A DNA stretch of 63,065 bases, the filler included, from Platydemus manokwari (lineage: Eukaryota): the NCBI GenBank assembly GCA_037951405.1. It is 6 parts of 6 records of this genome, joined end to end, with 100 filler letters (N's around TTAATTAATTAA, not from the genome) between each part and the next. Parts side by side here need not be neighbours in the genome. Positions count along the whole stretch, not along the records: positions 34,087 to 43,163 come from JBBMOY011303095.1; positions 43,264 to 53,001 come from JBBMOY011211878.1; positions 53,102 to 63,065 come from JBBMOY011184433.1; 3 more parts are not named here. One strand, 5' to 3'. A program made the translations under genes and the position numbers. The notes under the pieces are model-generated. The model worked only from the letters and a program-made list of their open reading frames with translations, did no database searches and was not told the DNA's origin. Below, piece after piece: positions 39,951 through 56,200 of the stretch. How positions within the stretch are numbered: the stretch's first letter is position 1; every line of letters starts with the position of its first letter.

Positions 39951-41161
39951 GAACCAAAGAAGACAAAGGAATAAAATAACAATAGCAACTAATCTAATGA
40001 TGAGTAAAAATAGAAGCTCAACTAAGGGAACCCACAGAAATGTGGAATGAATTCTAATAATGTCAATAAGTTCAAACGATAACATGGGAAAACAATATCA
40101 AATTTAAATATTGTTGAAGTAGTTGATGTAGGTTGAGATTTACTCGACAAATATTCGACTCTTAACTGAAAAAAATTTGTTTGAAAATAAACATTGAACT
40201 CAAATTTGAATGTTGAGCCGCCTAGTTAATTCGACCAGGGTATTTATACCTCGCTGTGCAGTCCCCCGCACTTCTATTTTTGGCAACACATTCACCGTTG
40301 GTGACGGCCTCTGCTTGTTCATTTACATATTATAATTTTCTCATTGCCATATATAATAGTTGATTTTTGTTCCATTGTAACTTTTTAATAATTATATTTT
40401 ATTATTTATTCTATTGTAACTCTTTATGGATAAATTTTATCATTTATTCTATAAATAAATTTTTTACACTTTATCGCAGTATTGTGATTCCGCATAATAT
40501 TATATTAATTTTTTATTATAATTTATTGTGATTTTGACGTGTCATTGAATGCGTATCATTCGAGTAATGAAATTGTTTTTATAACGTTTTTGCAGCAACA
40601 TTTTGACAGTAATTTTCAACTTGATTGGATTCGTGCGCTCTCCATTCATATTCAAAGACGTTGTGTTATATGTGCATATTTATGCTATGTATATAGTAGC
40701 TTGCCATCATAATAGAGGGTTATCAGGGTAAAATGTAAACTTGGGTTGAATGCGGATGTAGTGAGCACTGTGTTGACTGTGTATGTTTAGGTGGGGACTC
40801 CCAACAGATATTTAATTGCAAATTCAACAATCTTTACTGATTATTCATTGATAGTACAGTGGATTCATTGTCTTTTATATTAATGAAAATTAAGTAGGAC
40901 TTAAAATTCATTACTACACAATTACTTCATCGGTGTATTAGAAATCAGTTCTACTTTATTCTATTTCTATTGGCCATTCTTGATCACCATTCGTGTTAAT
41001 ATTTTGGTTTCATATTATCATTCTAATCGCAGTAAAATAGACAGCTCTATGTTTGCTCTACAGGTTGATAATATTTGATCCAAAGCTTTGATAAATTATT
41101 TAAAGTTATCAGATGATTGTACTAATTTAATTAGATATTCATAAATTCAAGATATTACACA

Positions 41162-41192
41162 TTCACCCAGGGTTCGACTCCCGGTCAGAGAA
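41162..41192 (+). pseudogene. 3' fragment of tRNA-Glu (T-arm and acceptor 3' strand)
   Basis: TTCACCCAG-GGTTCGACTCCCGGTCAGAGAA followed by a T-run. It resembles the tRNA-Glu 3' end (GGTTCGAyTCCCGGTCAGGGAA), but the 5' half is missing and the variable region is shortened. Confidence 0.55.
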
Positions 41193-41685
41193 AATTTTTT
41201 GCTATATTCCAGCTCGTTACCAATAAACATATAATCAGCAACCTTAATGGTCAACAACCATTTGATTTATCCAATGTACATCTCAAATTTTTGCTCAACT
41301 GCGCCTTCTAATATCTAAGGTTATTAATATACCTTATATTGGAGTCAAGTATTTATTATTCGTTGTTATTCAACAATAATAATACAAATAATAATGAAAT
41401 AATAATAATCATCATCATAAAATATATTTTCGAAATTGAATTTAACATGTTTATTTGTTTGTTGTTCTAATTTAAAAATTCAGAAATTGCGGAACCCTTC
41501 GAGTGTATCGTATAATATGCCGTAAATTTAGAATATAAATAAATTCCACACGGAATAAAGTAATTTTTAATTTATCCTAGAAATAATTCATTAATTTATA
41601 TCAATCATCAAATAAAGAAAATATTTATTGAAATAATTGACAAATGGCAATTATTATTTGAAGTGTTTCTTTGAATTTTAGCTCA

Positions 41686-42959
<1,274 letters not shown>

Positions 42960-43163
42960 CTAAATGAATAATTTATTTTTCATATATATGATTTCACTTC
43001 TGTATACCAATGAGATGATTTATACTTAAATTTTAATAGTATTTTCATAAGACTTTCTATCAAACATTTTTAAAAATACACTTTTTATAGGCATTGATCT
43101 AAAATAATTATAAACATTATAACATGAAATGTAGACTCTTTTAAAATTGGAAGATTAGCATAT

Positions 43164-43263
43164 NNNNNNNNNNNNNNNNNNNNNNNNNNNNNNNNNNNNN
43201 NNNNNNNTTAATTAATTAANNNNNNNNNNNNNNNNNNNNNNNNNNNNNNNNNNNNNNNNNNNN
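43164..43263. other. Artificial contig spacer
   Basis: 44N-TTAATTAATTAA-44N. Confidence 0.98.
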
Positions 43264-43891
43264 TATACGACTAAAAAATACATTTTTATAAAAATGTCAT
43301 CTGCAGCTAATACGCGCTGCAGCTTATACTCGGGATTTTATAGTATTTAAAATATTGTGATTAGAATAGGATTTTGGTTTTAAAACTATATTTTGTCCTT
43401 ATTTGACATACGAAAAAGTCAGATATTAGCCGAATTATATGAATAAATTAAACATCGTAGTTATATATAAAATTAGAAATAAATTTTTATCATATGCACG
43501 AAAATTCATTATTACGAAAACAGATAAAAGGGCTCCTTTTTTAACTTTAGCATGACTTTCCATTTTTATTTCATAATTGATTGGTTGAAATAGTTTAATT
43601 ACAGATATATTTTAAACAATCAAAAGAAAAATTAAAACTAATATAATTATATGCAAGCTGGTTTTCAGATTTTTTTGTGATGGCTTCTCAAATTGAAATT
43701 AATTTAAGATATTTATCAAACATTACCTAGTTTTTTTGAATTCATAACAGTTATGGCTTCAAAAATAGATTGGTATTTGTAGTTGAATGTTTAAAATTTC
43801 AAATTAAATGAGATATTGAGCCATAAGATTTCTAATTTGAAAATATTCTTAAATATATTATAAATGAATTCAACGTTTAACATTAATTTAG

Positions 43892-46800
43892 ATTACATGT
43901 CTATCAATCACTTTTGTGAGAGAAACTTTACCAATAATCCAGGAATATTGGAAGTTGAACGATAAGATTATTCACCAAGAGAAAGATTTTTTTACCATCG
44001 TTGAAAGCACTCATCCGTATGAACCAGCTAAACTTTTGCAACACACTGTAATTGTTGTATATATCATTTGCTTTCTGACATCACATTCCATGTAGATAAA
44101 GTTTCCCGAATCTGTACAAGCAATTAGTATCAGTTTTGACAGTCACTGTATAACTTCTCAACCCGAAGACTATTTAACAATTCAGGCAAGGTCTAATAAA
44201 GTTGATTCAAATCAATCAGAAACCGGTTGGAAGATTATCTTTAAAAATCTCAGCAATATTCAGTCGGAATGGCCGAAAAAGGCAATTATAATTCCAGGTA
44301 AATAAATTGGTTAAATATCATTTTAAACTAGCTTATGAGCAGGAAACGAGGTTTATATTGAATTTCACACTGCTTCGCTCTATGAGGAATCTTTGGAATC
44401 ATCATATGGATTTAAGTGCAGTATCGTTGGACACTGCTCGAACAATAATTCAGTAAGATATATTTTTGTTGCTTTTTTACTTGTCCCAAATTCATAAAGG
44501 AACTGAGAAGATTGAATAGTAATATAAATTATTGAAAAATATCAATAAAAATATTAAGTAATTCGTGTTATCAATTATTCTCCAAATAATCTCATTTCAT
44601 TTTTCTTTGATACGCCTATAAAAACTTTTTGATTAAAAAAAATAGTAATAATGTCGTTCAAAAAACTTAATTAATCAAATCAGAATTGACATTATCTGAA
44701 ATATATTTTTCAATTTTACACTGTAATCCTTTTGAGATAATTTTCTAATAAAATTTTTCTAATATAATGATTACCATTTCTTGATAATATTTACAGTGCT
44801 TTTAAAATTGTGTTTATTTCATTTTTGTTGTAGTCTGTAGAAATTATCGAAAATGCTCTGACGTATTTAGCATCAAAATGTGCTTCTAGTCTGTTAGGAT
44901 TTCGCAACAAATCGAAATTGGTAAAATTGCTACACGATACCAATATTCTACAGGTAAGTTCACGTGAGGTAATCGCTCCAATAAATTATGATGTGATTTT
45001 CAGAAATGTGCACCATATCGAAGCATTTTGGATCAGGGTTTATCGCTTTCACGATTGCCGACATTAACGGATTGTTTGAATAAGGTTCAATTGGAATATG
45101 TCAACTCAATACAGGTATTTAATGGGACAGTATCCTATTGTTACGTATTCGTGACAATTGTTCCTCATTTTTTTATTATGGGTTTTCTTTATGTGTGAAA
45201 AAAATTATTTCATATTGACGTTATCGAATTACAATTTTACAAAATATTGAATGAGAATTCTCTGATTCTTTTTTCTCATTAAAATTAAAGGATTAATTTC
45301 ATATGAGATGTTTATAATCATTATTATACGCTATCATTGATTGTTATACTTCACCATACTAAGACGATATGGTGTAGAAAATAAGAACACAGACGAACAT
45401 CCAATCAAAATCCAGAAAAAACCAAATATAATATTGGACAAAATAAAATGCAAATGTTACACACGTATTCCTTCCTAATTTATTATAAAATACGGTGGTC
45501 TTTAAATTAAGGTTAGACTTTTCAAATATCTAATATATTGCACCACTTTAAATGAAAAATTTGAACCACAAAAATACATGTTCGGTAAAATGCGATAACT
45601 TTTAGATGGGATTTGCATTTTCAAGTGGTTTATGATTGATGTTTTCAAGACTAAATATTGAGCTTGATGAGAATTTATAAATACGAGTCTTTATTATGAT
45701 CAGCATTATTATTATTAATCAGCATTTGCAATTCATTTTCAAACAATTTCTACTTGTGATAATGATATCCATTTTTTGTTGTAATTTTCAAATTTTACGG
45801 ATTTATTTATTCTAAAGATAAATTTATTGACTATAAAAGTATTTTTGGTAATGGAATCTTAATTATATATTGATATCAATTATCGACTTTATTAATCAGC
45901 AATGTTCCTTACTGTCTTCATTTGATTTCATATAAATCAAATATCTCATATTAAATATGAATATTTTCAACAATATCAGATTTTTATCATTTGTGAGAAT
46001 TTTAAATTGAATCAAAAATTTTGTACAAATTTGATTTTATATAAAATTATATTAATTTGTTTTAATGTTTTTATTTAAATACGTAATGCGATGTCGTGTC
46101 TTTTCAGTTCGTTGCCGATGCGACTTTTATAAAATAGTAGCGACTTACAACATTGATCATATGGTGAATATTTCTAGTTGAAACTATAGTTTTAAATCTA
46201 TATTATTATCATTCAAATATTGATCGAATTAAATCGTGAATCGATATTTTTCAACTGGTTTCATCATATATTATAAATAATTGTTTTTGTAATTTAATAT
46301 GTAAATAATCGATTTATCTCAGACAACATTCATCAAGAAGTTCGTCGAAGGTTCAAATTACTGTAACGAAACATCTTCATCATCACCCGCAGTTCAATTA
46401 GCTAATTGGCTTCAATCTTGCTCTGTGGTCATTGTTGGTAACTGTCGATTAAAGGTTACACCATCATCAATATCAGAACAATATTTGAATGAATTGAAGT
46501 AATATTATTTATTTTTGAATGAAAAAATTTATTTTTAAAATAATAAAGTAATTACAAAATAAATGTGTGAAATACATCAAAAATCATAATGACAATCCAT
46601 TCTTTTAATCGAAAGGGAATTTTAGGCTACTTTATGTGATGGGAAGATGATTTTAATAGAAGAATATATAAGAAGTGCAATTTTATTTGTTTAAATATCA
46701 AAATTCTGTGTTTGATATTTTATAATTTTTAATTAAATATTGTTTTTAATTTCACTTTACCGAAGTATTTTAGTTTTCTCACAAAATACAACTTTGGCAA

Positions 46801-49800
46801 GACATGATGAATGTCTAATAAATTCTTGAAGTATTTGAGAGATATTAAAAAAACTATTAATATTTTAAAATTTTAATAATGTATTTTAAAAAAAATATTA
46901 ATATTTATTTTAAAATAATTTAATAATAATAATTAATTATTTACATTATCGAGAAACATAGAGACAGGTCACAGAAATTATATAGGGTTGTAGCTGGAAT
47001 ATTTTTTTTGTCAATCTAGCCAAAAATCACAAATTATATATTTTTTCCATATATTTTCTGATATTTTGTTACGGTTGTGTGCTTTTTTATGATATATTTA
47101 AGAGTATAAAGGATCTTATTAATAAAGTTTTCACGACTCAGTTCCTATTGGTAATTTAATTTCTATAATGCCGATGCTATTTATAAATATTTCAAAATCT
47201 GACTTCAGTAGGTGTGGTTATTTTAGAAATTATGGCACTTTTTTTATTTTGAAGTCGACTCTTATTCCTTGAGCGCAAGACTTGAATGACATTTGAACCT
47301 TAAAGATAGTTAAGCCTAAAATTTCACAAACCACATCAAATAATTCAATTTGAAATTAGAATTTAGTTTAGTTATTGATTAGACTGGGTTCAAGCAAAAG
47401 AAATTATTAACGTTTACAATATCCATTAAATTTATCATAATAATGAGATTCTTGAAATTATCAATAGCTTTGCAAGAAAAATCTTTTTATACTCGTACCT
47501 GTAGAAATTTCATAAATGTATTTTCTGAAAAATTTTATTGCGTTTTTCATTATGAATCTTTGCCATATATACTGCTTTTGGTTTCTTTCTTTTTTGAGTT
47601 TTTTTTTCTTCTTTTTAATTTCTTATAAACTCTGCAATTATTCTCTCGTCCTCAGTTTGAGGATATTGAATCTTAATCCTAATTTAGCGTATTATAAAGC
47701 AGATCACTTCCAGTCAATGACGTAAGCGAGGAAAATGAATTCTAATCCACTGGTGAGAGAATAATGACAATGCTGAGTTTGATGTTCTGTAACTTAATTC
47801 TGAAATTGCTGAAAATCTCTAAATATTACTCGATCAGACCGTTATTGTCATGTTTTCTAAGCTTTCATTGTTTTTAAAGAAAGAAATAATGGTTTTAACA
47901 ATTTAGAGCTTATTGATGATTTAAGTTCTTACGTATAAATCCTAATTAATTTATTAATAATATGAATCCAATTGGTGTAGTTTTATGAAATAGGATTTGT
48001 TTTATATTTGTGAATTATGAATGAACAATAATCGATGTCATTAATAAAATATAATTTCAAAAGATAATTTCTACAATAAAATATGAATAACATATGATCA
48101 ATAATAATTAAAAAAACAATAATTAAAAAGTAACAAAAAATAATAAGAAAATTTATTTACATTATTATTGAGAACTCCTTTATTCTTTATAGATTTTACA
48201 GTCGATTATTATGCCTGTAAGCGTTGAAGACCTCTTGTTCCACTGGAGGTATTTAGGAATTTGGATTTCATGGTGTTGCTGAGTTTAAACGAAATTTATT
48301 TATTGGCTGTACTTAGTTCAAGCCAAAAAGATAAATTGGAAATTTTTCTATATCCATTCAAATGTTTACAATAATGAACGTTGTGATAAAAATTTGAAAT
48401 TCTAAAACAGTAAATTTCTTGTTCACGCAATAAGATTTTTTTGAAACAGCTGCAGATGGGTTGCAAATTTGTTTTAATATTTGAATCGATTTCTTTATAT
48501 TGATTAATTCTTTAGCAATCATAGTTTTTGTCGGATATTAATACATCTATTTAAATCTCTATTCAATGAATTGATATTGTGAATCATGAATAATCAATAT
48601 TGGGAGAATTTTTAATTGGATTAAATTTTATATAAAATCTATTAATTTATTTATATAATTGTATTTAAATACACAATTTGATGTCATGGCTTTTCAATTT
48701 GTTTTTAATTTGTGTCTTATATTTAAACACAACTAGTAAAACAAATTCATTTGATTTTTCATAAAGATTTTATACAAAGGTAAATATTTTATATAAAAAC
48801 AAATTTTTAATAAAAAATTTAATCTTTAAAAATTTTAATTCAATTTAAAATGCTTACAATACTACTTATATTGCAATTCAAAAAATTCAAATTTACGAAT
48901 TATCCAAACAAATTATTTACCATCAATAATAGATCTATGTCTTCATTTCGGGACCAAATTTTTATGTTGGGGCTAGGATTTTATGACTCATATTCTAACG
49001 TGAGTTCTACACTACCGATTGAACGCAATGCCAATCCGGTATAATCAATAATCAAGAACAAAGATTGACTTATTTTAATATGTATGCATAAATTTGAGAA
49101 ATGTTACAAGATATAATTAATAAGTAATATTTTTGGGCGTTTCTGTTTAATAATCTACTGTTATCTGTACTATTTCTGATATCATTTTGTCATTATTTTT
49201 CTTTTCTAATATTTTTATAATATAAATTTTTGTATCTTTAATTACTTATTTCTATTTTTAGGTGTTTATTGCTCATTGATCTTTTGTATTGAAATAATTT
49301 TTATTTTATTTTTGTATTTATTTTTAATTTTATTAATCATCTTTTATGGAAAATTTTAGAAAAAATTATATATGATAATCGATATTTGGGTGAGGTTTGT
49401 GTACCCAATATTACACATTTTAAAATAGTTTTAAAAATCGATGCATTGAAAATCAAATTTTGATATGATTGATATCATTATTATGATATCGAACATGCAA
49501 GTTTTGAAAAATGCAAAAATTAAAACTGTGAGTCTATTTGAAAATATTGAAGAGATTTTCAAAAACAATCAAAAATGATTTACACTTCAATTTAATGAAA
49601 GTTTTTCCATGATAATGAATTCTTTATCTGGGAAAGATCAATTATTATTTTTACGACTGAATTATAAATTGTTCTGAAAATGTAATTCACGAAATGACTA
49701 TTGATTATCCGATAGATGTTTTCGAAAATCAAATATCCATTAACATGATTCCATGACAATTTATCATTGCCGTTATGTTTTGTAAAAAATAATTATGAAA

Positions 49801-50746
49801 TATCATAACATTAATTTACACAAAATCGTTCATTTAGTTAATCAACATTAGATCGATAATCAATATGATTAACTGTACTATTTGATGTATGTTCACTGAG
49901 ATAATATTTATTTTTTTAAATAATTATTTTTAAAAAGATAATTTTGTTGACGTGACAGTTTGTTGTAAAATAGTAACGGTTTTTATAGCAACCATGCTTT
50001 TGGGTTCGATTTTGAGAAGGTCCATGGTATAGGAATATATAAGAAGATGAATATACAAAGAAGATGCGGAGAAGATATAGAAAAGATGAAAAGAAGCTAT
50101 TAAGAAGATTCAAAAAAGTGAGAAGAAATAGAGATTTCCATTTAGGCAAATATGTGGAAAATTCTCATTATAGAGATATTAATGAATGCGTAGATCAATA
50201 TTATAATGAAAAATTAGAATTAAAAAAAAATTATGAATGATATTAATTAGTTTAAATTATTGTTTTTAGAAAGATAATTTTGGTTTCGCGATTTTTCAGT
50301 TCGTTTTCAATAGTAGCGGCTTACATGCATCTTGAAATTTTCTTATTAAATATTGATTAAAATTTATTAAATCGATATTGAAAATATTTTCAACTTAATA
50401 TGATTTACAAACATTTTAGAAATGTTTCCGAAACAAATATTGTTGGCAATTGCTTACCGTGTGAATTAAATAAAGAAGTCAGTCTCCAACTGGAATTGGT
50501 TGATCAGTATGAGAATCGAGTTATGTCACCGATGTGTAACATTGATATCATTTTGAACTACAACCATAAAGGCAACAATCCATCCATCAATGTTGTGTTG
50601 TTTAATGAAATAATCTGTATAATAATTTATGTTTCATTTAGATCAATGAAAAACTATTCGGTGGTAATCCAGTTCCAAATACAACAATTCCATTTGAAAA
50701 GACTGCAGTGGGCAAAGATGTCTATCAATCCATCACAATGATGAAA
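43892..50746 (+). CDS. MYCBP2: PHR-family E3 ubiquitin ligase (MYCBP2/Highwire/RPM-1), internal fragment
   Basis: Eight in-frame exons: 43892-44047, 44096-44297, 44343-44452, 44834-44953, 45004-45114, 46323-46498, 50420-50591, 50642-50746. Blocks IVESTHPYEPA, KFPESV..FDSHCITSQPEDYL, WPKKAIIIPGNE, YGFKCSIVG, ILDQGLSLSRLPT, QLANWLQ, VDQYEN, FGGNPVP, YQSITMMK match, in order, the recalled MYCBP2 blocks VESEHPYKPA, WPTMVLVLPGNE, YGFKCFAIG, ILGKGLALSHSPT, RLARWLQ, KDQYGD, FGGLASP, YIAITMMK. Confidence 0.92.
49964..50325 (-). repeat. Solo-LTR-like repeat with TGTAA...TTACA ends in a MYCBP2 intron
   Basis: Bounded by TGTAAAATAGTAACGG (49964) and AATAGTAGCGGCTTACA (50325). Homologous to 29762-30148. 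Confidence 0.6.
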
Positions 50747-53001
50747 GTTCGATTTTTATATAAATGTATTTCATTTTAATAAATTTTTGCATAATTTATT
50801 ATCGAGATCAAATAAAATCAACAAGTGATAAAGAAAAAATCATTCGATTTTCATTGAATAATTGTTGGTGATTTACCTTAATAAACAAGATATTCTTTCA
50901 TATTTCACACACCATTTAAAAGTCTTTATTCATTAAGTTAAATAGTTATAAAATGATATTTAAGCAATGGAAACATTTTCGTTTTAGTTTAGCAAAACCA
51001 TTAAAATCTAAAATATCAAAAACTTACTCTATATAGATTTATGTTCACTTTAACCTGATTTGACATTTAAATCTTGCGTTGGATTTTTTTTTACCTGAAG
51101 TTCGATTTCGAAGATTATTCCTGTGTAAAATCTTGATCGATGGTAGTCTTGAACTGTCACCTTTCAATAAAAATTATTTTTATGATATAAATAAGAAAAA
51201 TATTAATTATAAAATTGTATTGAATACAATGATAAATCATTATGTAGAAATTCTCACATAAATATAACATGATATATTATATTTCAGAAAGAGATATCAC
51301 TTTAAAATGCCGTAGACATTGTCTGCAACACTTCAAGCTACAAAAATATTAAAATATATTGGCAAAGTAGTTTACTGGAATTTGTAAATTTAATTATACC
51401 ATGGAATTATTTTTTGAAAATACATGAGCTTTGAGTGAGACTATGTGGATTCTCTTTTACAATCAACATCCGTAACAGATGATAGTTTTAAATTGAATTT
51501 AATTCGGATTAATATGAAATCAATGCTCTGATATTTTACTATGCTACCAACTCTGTACTGTACGATTGACTTCAATAAATTTAATTGTAGCTAAATCAGT
51601 AAGTATTGAATTGTATGGCGCTGAATGTCTGTCAAATTATTGCGAAATTTGAGAATCGCGAAAGGATATTTATAGATAACGTTTATTTGATGTTATTTTT
51701 TGACTTTTTCGTTCCTTCTTCATTTAGTTTTTATGGTTATTTTCTTTTTTTCTGCATTTTTATTTCTGTTGTGTGTAAATCAAATCTCATTTTAATTTGT
51801 AACTTTGTCAAGCGTTGCTTGATTTTATTCCTTTCGTCTTATTTCATCACTTGATCTATTTAGCCCAGGTCTTTATTTTCTGTATATGTTTATTCTTTTT
51901 CCTTTTCCTTTTCTTGTTTCTTTTTTCTTTAAACGGCATTTTATTGAAGTATTTGTTTATAATCAGTGTGCACCGGAATTAGAGTAGGAGGCCGATTTAA
52001 AAAAATACAAAGCCCTTAAGTTAGAACAGTTCTAATCTTAACAATTCAATCAAATGATTTAAACAAATTGATATTTTAAATATAAATCCTAAATATAATT
52101 ATTTTTAATATTAATTCATTTTCAAATTCTCACATACATGATGGTGGAATTTTTCATGATTTTATTAAACAAAAACTTCTGGTTGAAACATAAATGTATA
52201 AGCTATTCATCTAACCGATATCATTTTCTGTAATTTATAATTCTTATATGGAGTTGCTTCGATTCATAATAGTTGAAACTCATCTAGTTTATATTATTTA
52301 CAACATTTATTGTGTTCTGATGAACATAATATACTAGCATTATAACGTTTGTTATTTATTTATGCATTGATGGACTGAATAAAATAAAAGGAAATACTGA
52401 TAAAATACAGACGTGGTAACTGTTTGATCCAGTCGGGAAATATCTATAAATTTAGATCAATCCTACACGAATCATAATCTATTCGAGTAGACACATTTGT
52501 AACTTTGAGATATTATTTAAAATATGATGATAAATTATATTAAATTCTCTCCTGAGGATTTTATTTTACGCTGTTTTGATCGAGATCGGTTTGATTTGCA
52601 AGTTAGGTGGCGTCGTTGTCAGAAATTAGGAAAACAAATTATTTTCATTTTTGTTTTAATATGCATAGGAAATCAGAAGGTCAGCTTTTATGTCACTTTT
52701 ATTCGAAGAAGCGGTTGTTTTTAGGAGAGCAATCAATTTAAATAGGAATTCTTTGGAGATTATTGTCGAGATTTGGATATCACATAGTTTAATCACAAAG
52801 GCCTCTTAAATATATAGAAAATGAAATGATTACCACGGGATATAAGATGTTACTTCGATTGTTTAAAGAAAAATATTCAAATAAAATCTAACCTTATTTA
52901 TAAATGGAAACATATTGGTTTATAAAATTAGATATTAATAAAAAAAACATTTTCACAGCCATCTCTTAAGCTGCTCATGCGAATAAACATATTAAGCACT
53001 T

Positions 53002-53101
53002 NNNNNNNNNNNNNNNNNNNNNNNNNNNNNNNNNNNNNNNNNNNNTTAATTAATTAANNNNNNNNNNNNNNNNNNNNNNNNNNNNNNNNNNNNNNNNNNN
53101 N
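53002..53101. other. Artificial contig spacer
   Basis: 44N-TTAATTAATTAA-44N. Confidence 0.98.
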
Positions 53102-53220
53102 ATTATTATTGTTATTATTGTTATTATTATTAATATTAATAATAATATCATTATTATTATTATTAATATTAATATAATTATTAATATTATTAGTATTATT
53201 ATTATCATCATTATTATTAA
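53102..53220. repeat. Imperfect (ATT)n low-complexity tract
   Basis: Directly visible. Confidence 0.85.
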
Positions 53221-56200
53221 AATTTGAAATCACAATTTTCTTTCGATTTTAAAAGTCGTATATATCATTTACTGCAATGGGGTTCGAGACCCTCCAATAT
53301 TTATTAATTTTAAATTTAATGAATTAAATAACTCTTAAAAGCAATCTTATCTTAGAATTCTTCTAGCTTGAAAGCTTTAAAGTATGAAGGAAGACCAAAA
53401 CCATTACTCATGCCATTGATTATTAAAAACTTAAAAACGTCTATTGGTTTAGAATTCCGCTTTATATTCGATATTATTTTATCAGTCATCTAAATTGATT
53501 AATTTTCCCGCTAATTAATCCAGTTATTAATATTTTTAATTACTCCTCATTGGTCCAAAATTTATAAAATTCTCCATCGATATTATTTTCTTAAGGTTTC
53601 GAAAAGAGATTTAACATGTTTATTTCGAAAGCTAAATTATTGTCAACTCGATCCTAATTCACATAATCGAATTTTAAATTTTCTGTTATTATAATTGATA
53701 AACGTACCTAAAGAAAAAGTTTATCATACGAAATCGATAAATTATTTGTTTATCTTATTCTATGGAAATGAAAAAACAATGAACATTCATTTCCTTGAAG
53801 ATTTACAGGCATAACACTAGTTTTCCCAAGATAATATCGAAAAAAATTTCAACGGGTATTTTACAAAAACTTTTTATTAAAAAAATGCTTTATTCATGTA
53901 TTAAATTGTTTTGCAAATAAAACTGATGCGGACAACTGAAAAGATGCAAAACAAAAGAAAAATTCACTGAGAAAGCACTGTATCCAATGGAATGATTATC
54001 ATTACAGAACAGATCTTAGAATTTTGGATACATTTCTGAATGTTTTAATAAGAGCGAAAAATAAAAGATTTCCAACCGATTATGTCGTTGACAATGATAA
54101 AGTTGGGAAAATAAAGATAATTGAGATATTGTAAATTTCGTAATGTCTTCTGTGACTCTTGAAATAATGATCGGGTTTGAGAATTAATTGATTATTTCTG
54201 ATTCTCGATATAGACTGGTGAATGAATTATGTTACTGTTGTCATTATCGTTACATTAATATCTCTCAATTTGTATGTGAAGGAGCTGAGTTAGCTTTTCT
54301 CACCGTCTGCACAATACAGTCATCCGTATTGGATTATTTATTTATTTATCGATTTAAGTTATGAAAAAGGATCTTTTGACCTACTTTTATTGTGATGAAT
54401 TTTTGTGTATAGGTAATTACAAAATTTGATTTTCTCAGATTTAATGTACAAATGCATTTTTATAAAATTCTTTTATTTTAGATCAAAATTCCATGAATTA
54501 ATTAATTGCCCTGCGTTATTGTGGTTTAAAATAAATAAACGTTGATAAACGAGGTTTGGAAGACGTCTGTACTATCTCCAATAAAACGTATAAATGATTT
54601 ATATGGCACTTGATCGTCTTCAATTAAATATTAAGTAAAACTTTTAATGTAAACTTTATCTTTAACTTGTAATTTTGCTTCTAGGAATGTGGAATGAAAA
54701 CAAGAAGAAACCGCGATATCAAAAAATTATGTATAAGTAAAATAAAATTATATACATAAGTTTTATTTTTATAATATTTCTTATCATTGTAAGATATTTG
54801 ATCTTTTAATATAGTTCAGTTAGTAGCTCACTTCTTAGGAAATCGAATAGGCTCAAAACGGAATTATTAAAACAAGATTTTGCATATTTAAATTTTTCTC
54901 AATTACAAATCGACTTAGTAAACTCTCGATGTGTTTAATAATCTTATATCACGTGTTTTCGTAAATCAATTTAAAAAAAAATTATTAAGAATAATATACA
55001 ATATGATTAACGTGGAATTTAAATTTTATTAACGGGACTTTTTGAACTCTGTAAAACAAATGACGTTTATGTCGATGGAAAACTTATTTCGTAATTTTAT
55101 AAATCATTCCAACATGCTATTTTCCATGGATAAATATTTATCATTGATACCAATACAATCTCTTTTCAAATCACATTAACCAACACCATTGCAAAACAAC
55201 AGAAATCCATCAAGAAAATCTTAAATTTCAAACTGTAAATCAATGTTTTAAGTAATTGAAATGGGTTTTTAAAAAGTTATTTATTCACAATCCCACATAA
55301 GGAATTGATTTGATTTTACAGGAATATTAATTCGAAATATTCTCATCAAAAAAAATGGAAAAACTTATTAAATGAAAGACAAAAACAAAACCAGAACCAG
55401 ACAGAAACCAAATACCATCACAGCAACTTCTATGTTGTGTTTAGAATACAAATACAGATAATATTTCCTAAGAAATGAGATATTGAGAAATGATTTTGAC
55501 ATATTATATTTGTATTCTCAGTGAGTGTGGAAAATATCTTGTTCCAGTATTATAAGATAAATGCTGTAAATGAAAACCAATAATAGAAAACCCAATCAGA
55601 AACTAATCGATTATTTTTTAGATCCGTCTAATTCTTTTTTGTTTTACCTCACTAAAGGTACAGCTGTGATCCCCGATGTATAAGCTACTGAACAATCGCA
55701 TTTGTTTGATGACGTATTGGGTATTGCAAGAATATTGAAAGGATTAATACACGATTATTTTTATACTGAACGTATAATTTGTTTATTATTTTCTTATTTA
55801 TTGATTTATTTGTAATTAACAGAACGAATTATCATATTGTAAAAAGATCCTTTGAAGAAAGATTTAAATTTCCTTGACCATTTACAAGAAGAGTCTGGAA
55901 TTTCGTTGGACAATTCTGTCGACAATTCAACACTTTATTTTGTTATTTTAGTCTGTAAGATTGATTGATAGGTCACTTTTAATTGTCACGGGATAAAAAT
56001 TAGCTATCAAACCATAGATATTTCCAACATTTGAAGAATCAATTATTTGATTTCTAGTCACCTAGACTCATTAGCCTTGAATAGTGAGTAGAAAACAGCT
56101 TTTCATCTCATTCTCATATTTATGAATTCGAACTCAAGACAAATTCACAATATCACTTACCAAAAAAACAATGATAAAATCGATTCCCAATGTAAACCTT

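Noticed and set aside
48193-48248. AG...GT-bounded block as an extra MYCBP2 exon
   Set aside because: In the required phase it contains a TAA, and 56 nt would shift the frame. Positions 46498 and 50420 already join in frame.
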